Under the pieces are notes generated by a model that searched no databases, was not told where the DNA came from, and saw only the letters and a list, made by a program, of their open reading frames with translations. The position numbers and the translations under genes are program-made. A stretch of 64,000 bases of DNA from Scenedesmus sp. PABB004 (taxonomy: Eukaryota), in assembly GCA_014905635.1 (NCBI GenBank), contig JABVCE010000015.1, forward strand, positions 806,001 to 870,000. Direction: 5' to 3'. This document shows positions 59,894-64,000 of the stretch, in pieces; within the stretch, counting starts at the first letter, position 1; the number at the start of each line of letters is the position of its first letter.

Positions 59894-62800
59894 CTACGCC
59901 GGCGGCCGCGGGGGCCGCTGCAGCGTCGCGCCGCCGCCCGCCGGCCCGCCGCGCGACGCCGCGGCCGCGGCGACCTGCTTCTGCAGCAGGTCCAGCCGCT
60001 GCTGCCGCTCCGCCAGGGACGGCGCGCGGGCGCCCTCGCCCGCGGCCTCCGCCCCCGCCCCTGCCTGGCCGGCGCTGCCGTTGCCGCTGCTCGACGCGCC
60101 CGCCTCTGCCGCCGCCGGCTCGCCGCCGCTGCGCGCGCCGCTCGGCTCCGTGGCAGCCGCCGCCCCGGCCGCCGCCGCCGCGGGCGCGTCGTCGCCGGCG
60201 CCGGCGTCCTCCGGCGCCGCGGGGGCCGTCGCCGCCGCCGCCGCCTTGCGCCGCGCCCCCTCCTCGGCGCGCTGCTGCAGCGCCGCCGCCGCGCGCTGCT
60301 TCAGCCGCCCTGCCAGCTGCTGCACGCCGCCGGCGCCGGCGCCCCCGCCCCCGCCGTCGGCCGCCGGCTCCGCGACCGCGACCGGCGCCGCGCGCGCGTC
60401 GCCGCCGCCGCCCCCTCCGCTCCCACCGCCGCCGCCCCCTCCGCTCCCACCGCCGCCGCCGCCGCCGTCGCCGCCGCGGCCGCCGTGCTTGGAGTACCAG
60501 TAGTCGCTGTAAGGCATCGCCGTCACCCGCCACGACCGCCGCGCCGCGCGCAGCGCCGCGACCGCGCGGCTCGCCGCGGCGGGGGAGGGCATGATGACGT
60601 AAGCCCCGCTCGGCGGCGAGCCCGGCCCGCCCGCGCGCACAAAGCTGACCGGCGGGCGGCCGAGCCCGAGGCCGGCGAGGCGGCGCTGGATGTCGTGCCA
60701 GCGCATGGCGGGGTCAAAGCCGGTCAGGTACACGATGTGCGGCCGGCTCGGCACGACGTCGGGGCCCTGCGCGGCGCCCGCCGCGGCGGCGCGCGGCGGG
60801 GCCGGGTTGAGGAGGAGGGGCGGAGCGGGAGGGGCTCACTCCCGGCGGCGGCGGCGGCAGCAGCGTGCGACGGGGCCCCACCCCAGCGCGCGCGCGCGCG
60901 CGTGCGGCCGCGCCTGCAGCGCGGCGTAGCCGATGTCGCGGCCCTTGGCGTGGAACTGGCGCCACGCGTGCGACGCGATCGGCTCGAGCCCCGGCGGCGC
61001 CGCGGGCGCGGCCGGCAGCGCCCAGCGGCTGCGCTGCCCGAGCGCCGCGAGCTCGTGCAGGCGCAGCAGGCCCACAAAGACGGCGCCGGTCATGAAGGCA
61101 TCGTACCCCGCCTCGTGCGCGGGCCCGCCGCCGCTGCCGGGGCTGGGGCCGCCGCCGCCGGGGCTGGGGCCGCTGCCGGCGGCGCCGGCGCCAGGAGAGC
61201 CCGGCACCGCGTGCGCGGCGGCGTCGTACGCCTCGCAGCCGGGCGCGTGCACGATGCGCGGCAGCGCGGCCCACGCGGCGGGGTCGTCCAGGTTGGACGT
61301 CGCCTCGCCGAGCCAGGCCGCGAGGCTGGCCGACGTCGCGCTGCCCGGCGCGAGGCCCGCGCCGATGGGCTGCGGCGCCGACGGCGACCCCTGCGCGGCC
61401 GGCGGGCGCGCGGGTGGTGGGCAGGCGAGCGCGGCGCGCGCGAGCCGCCGGCGAGCCGACGGCCGGCGACGCGGCGCACCTGCACCATGGCCGCGTACAG
61501 CGTGCCCAGGCTGGTGTCGGGCAGCAGCTGGCCGCCCGAGGCGCCGGCGAGGCACTGGGCGAGGTGCTTGGTGTCGTACACGCCGCCGGGCAGCCACGAC
61601 CCCACGAGCGACTTGAAGCCCGCCCACGTCCGCGGCAGCGGCGCCTGCGGCGTGGCCCGTGCGCGGGGCGGCGTGAGGCGGCGCGGCGCGGCGGGCCGGC
61701 GGCCGCGGCGCGGCAGCGGGCGCCCGCCACGGGCACGGGCGCTGCCTCGCTGCGCGCGCGCGCCTGCACGAACGCGGCGAGGCAGAAGACGAGGTCGAAG
61801 CGCAGGTTGTGCCCGACCGCGGGCTTGCCGCTGTCTCGGAGCAGCTCAAACACGCGGCTGAACCCCGTCGCCGCTGTGACCGCCTCGGCGCGGTGCGCCG
61901 CCGCCTCAGCCGCCGCCGCGGCGACCTGCGCCGCGCTCGCGCGCCGCAGCATCACGCCGCCGCCGCCGCCGCCGCCCAGGGCGGCTGCCGCGCCGCTGCC
62001 GGCGCCGCCGGCAGACGGCGGCGGCTGCTCAATCAGGTACAGCCGCTCCGCGCCGCCGCCGCCGCTTCTACTGCCGCCGCCGCTGCCGCTGCCGCTGCTG
62101 CCGCCGCCGCGCTTCCAGCGGCTGCTGCCGATGCCCGCCGCCAGCAGGCGCGCCTGCAGCTTGAGCAGCTGCGGCGGCGGCGCGGGCAGGTACAGCGTGT
62201 CTGCCTCGGCTGCACCCGCTGCGGCCGTGCTGCCGGAGCCACCGCCGCCGCCGCTGCCCTCGCCGGCGCCGGCCAGCCAGGCGCTTATCGTCTCCTCCAG
62301 CTGCGCCACCAGGCACGCCTCGTCCGGGTCGTCCAGGTCAACCGACGCGTCGCCACCGCCGCTGCTGCCGCTGCTGCCGCCGCCGCCGCCGCTGCCGCGC
62401 GCGCCGCTGCCGCTCCCGCCCGCACGCAGCTGGCGGTCGCGCCAGGAGAGGGGCAGGAAGGGGACGCCCTCGTACACCATCTTTAACACGCGGCGGCGGC
62501 GGCGGCGGCGGCGGCGGTTGTGGCGGCGGCGCGGGCGCTGCCGCGGCGCGGGCGCTGCTGTGGCGCGGGCGCTGCCGCGCCGCGCTGCGGCCGCCGCTGC
62601 GACCGCCGCTGCGGCCGCCGCCGCGGCCGCCGCCGCCGGCGGCGCACCCGGTTGAAGTCAAAGCCCTGCTCCGCGAGGAAGGCGAGCGCGGAGGCCTGGC
62701 ACATGAACCGCGCGTCGACGTCCTCCGTGGGCGAGGGGAAGAGCGTGAAGTTGAACGACCGCGCCTCGTAGGCGCCGCCGGCCCAGGTGAAGCAGCTGAG

Positions 62801-63292
62801 CCCAAACTGGGTCACCAGGAACTGCTCCGCCGCGGCGGCGGCCTTGGCGTATCGGTCGTCGACGTCGTCCGCCGCGTAGTCCTCCTGGCCCGCCAGGAAG
62901 AGGCCCGACATCTCGCAGTCGAACGCCCAGAACTGGCAGCTCGCGAGCGCGGCCGCCACGGCCGGCAGCGCGGCCGCAAAGTTGGACCGCGTCACCTGCA
63001 GCGGCGGCGGCGCCGCCGCGCCCGCACCGGCCGCTGCTGCTGCTGCAGCTGCTGCTTGGGCTGCTGCTTCGCCGGCCGAGGGACCAGCGGCGGCGGCGGC
63101 GGCGGCGGCCGGGCCGAGCGCCGGCCGCCGCGCCGCTGCTGCTGCCGCCGCGCCAGCGCGCAGGCGCCGCTGCTGGCGCTGCGGCTGAGCTGACGGCGCT
63201 CCGGGAGCGCAGTGAGACCGCAGCGCTGCGCGCGGCGCCCCACGCGGCCCCCTGGCCGCGGGGCGGGCGGCCCCAAGCTCGCGGAGCTTCAT
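59894..63292 (-). CDS. PARN: Poly(A)-specific ribonuclease (CAF1/DEDD family), 5 exons, with Arg/Ala-rich N-terminal extension
   Basis: VTRSNF..FWAFDCEMSGL..FLVTQFGLSCF..FNFTLFP..FMCQASALAFLAEQGFDFNR; KPAVGHNLRFDL; VYDTKHL; AHEAGYDAFMTG; RRM-like C-terminal region (HIVYLTGF). The start ATG at 63292 is inferred. Confidence 0.92.
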
Positions 63293-63551
63293 CGGCCCCG
63301 ACGCGCCGCGCCAGCTGCTGCGCACGCCACAGGAGCTCCGCGAGCCTCCCGGCCGCCGAACGGCAGCGCACAGTCCTCGCCGCGCCGGTGTGTCTGGCGG
63401 CGGCGACGCGTGCGGCAGCGGCGCCGCTGGCTGCTGGCCGGCCACGGCTGAGCCGGCGCGTAAGCGAGTGGCTGCGGGCTTGCGCTCGGCGCAGTGCGCC
63501 CACGGTTCGGGCGGGGCTCTATTGCAGCGCGCCGGCGGCTTGAGCCCTGCC

Positions 63552-63972
63552 TCACCGAAGCTTGGCCTTGCGCGCGCGCGCGCCGGCCGCGGTGTCGCCC
63601 GCGGCCTCCGCGGCGCGCGCCAAGAAGCGCTCCCACAGCAGGACCTCCGCCCAGTTGGCCAGCAGCCCCCGGTCGTACGGCCGCGGCGGCGGCGCGACGG
63701 CCGGCCGCGCACGCCGCCGCGTGCGCCACCAGCCGCCTCCCGCGCCGCCGCCGCCGCCCGCTGCCTCGGCCGCTGCCTCGGCCGCGGCGTCGGCCTCGGC
63801 GCGCGCGGCGCGGTGCAGTGCGGCGGCGCGGAAGGTCTCGTAGGTGGTGGTCCCCCGGCTGATGAGGGCGGCCTGGTGCGCGAGCAGGCCTGAGAGCAGC
63901 GCCCCCGCGGCGACCATGAACCCCAGCAGGGCCAGGGGGACCGGGTAGAAGGCGAGCAGCCACTCCAGCAGC
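63552..63972 (-). CDS. Last exon of a DHHC palmitoyl acyltransferase (gene continues beyond the window)
   Basis: TM segments followed by the TTxE motif (ISRGTTTYETFR) and a PaCCT-like motif (PYDRGLLANWAEVL). The DHHC motif itself is not within the window. Confidence 0.7.
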
Positions 63973-64000
63973 CTGGCAGGGTTCAGGGCGCGGGGCGGAG

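Overview
Eukaryotic nuclear DNA, very GC-rich and intron-dense, most consistent with a chlorophycean green alga of the Raphidocelis/Monoraphidium (Sphaeropleales) type (inferred from composition, protein families and TTTAGGG-like motifs). Most of the six-frame ORF track is GC noise, so genes were assembled by hand from spliced exons. From left to right: the 3' part of a glutamate-receptor-like channel; an HVA22/REEP gene; exportin-7; an unidentified coiled-coil gene built from tandem exon+intron units; a ~69-aa spliced microprotein; a perfect 71-bp palindrome; a clade-A-like PP2C; a TAAC-like mitochondrial-carrier-family transporter; a ~10.5-kb tandem duplication carrying two copies of a very large secreted Cys-rich multidomain protein, with a truncated LINE and an NDR-kinase 3' remnant between them; an NDR kinase head-to-head with an ADP1-like EGF-ABCG transporter that has three C-run frame discontinuities; PARN; and the last exon of a DHHC palmitoyltransferase. 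The most interesting signals are the mosaic homogenisation of the duplicated gene and its unrecognised repeated C-terminal domain, the polarised telomere-like motifs in introns, the many GC-AG introns, the ABCG frameshifts and the palindrome. I cannot prove a new biological system from sequence alone. No rRNA, tRNA or CRISPR array was seen.
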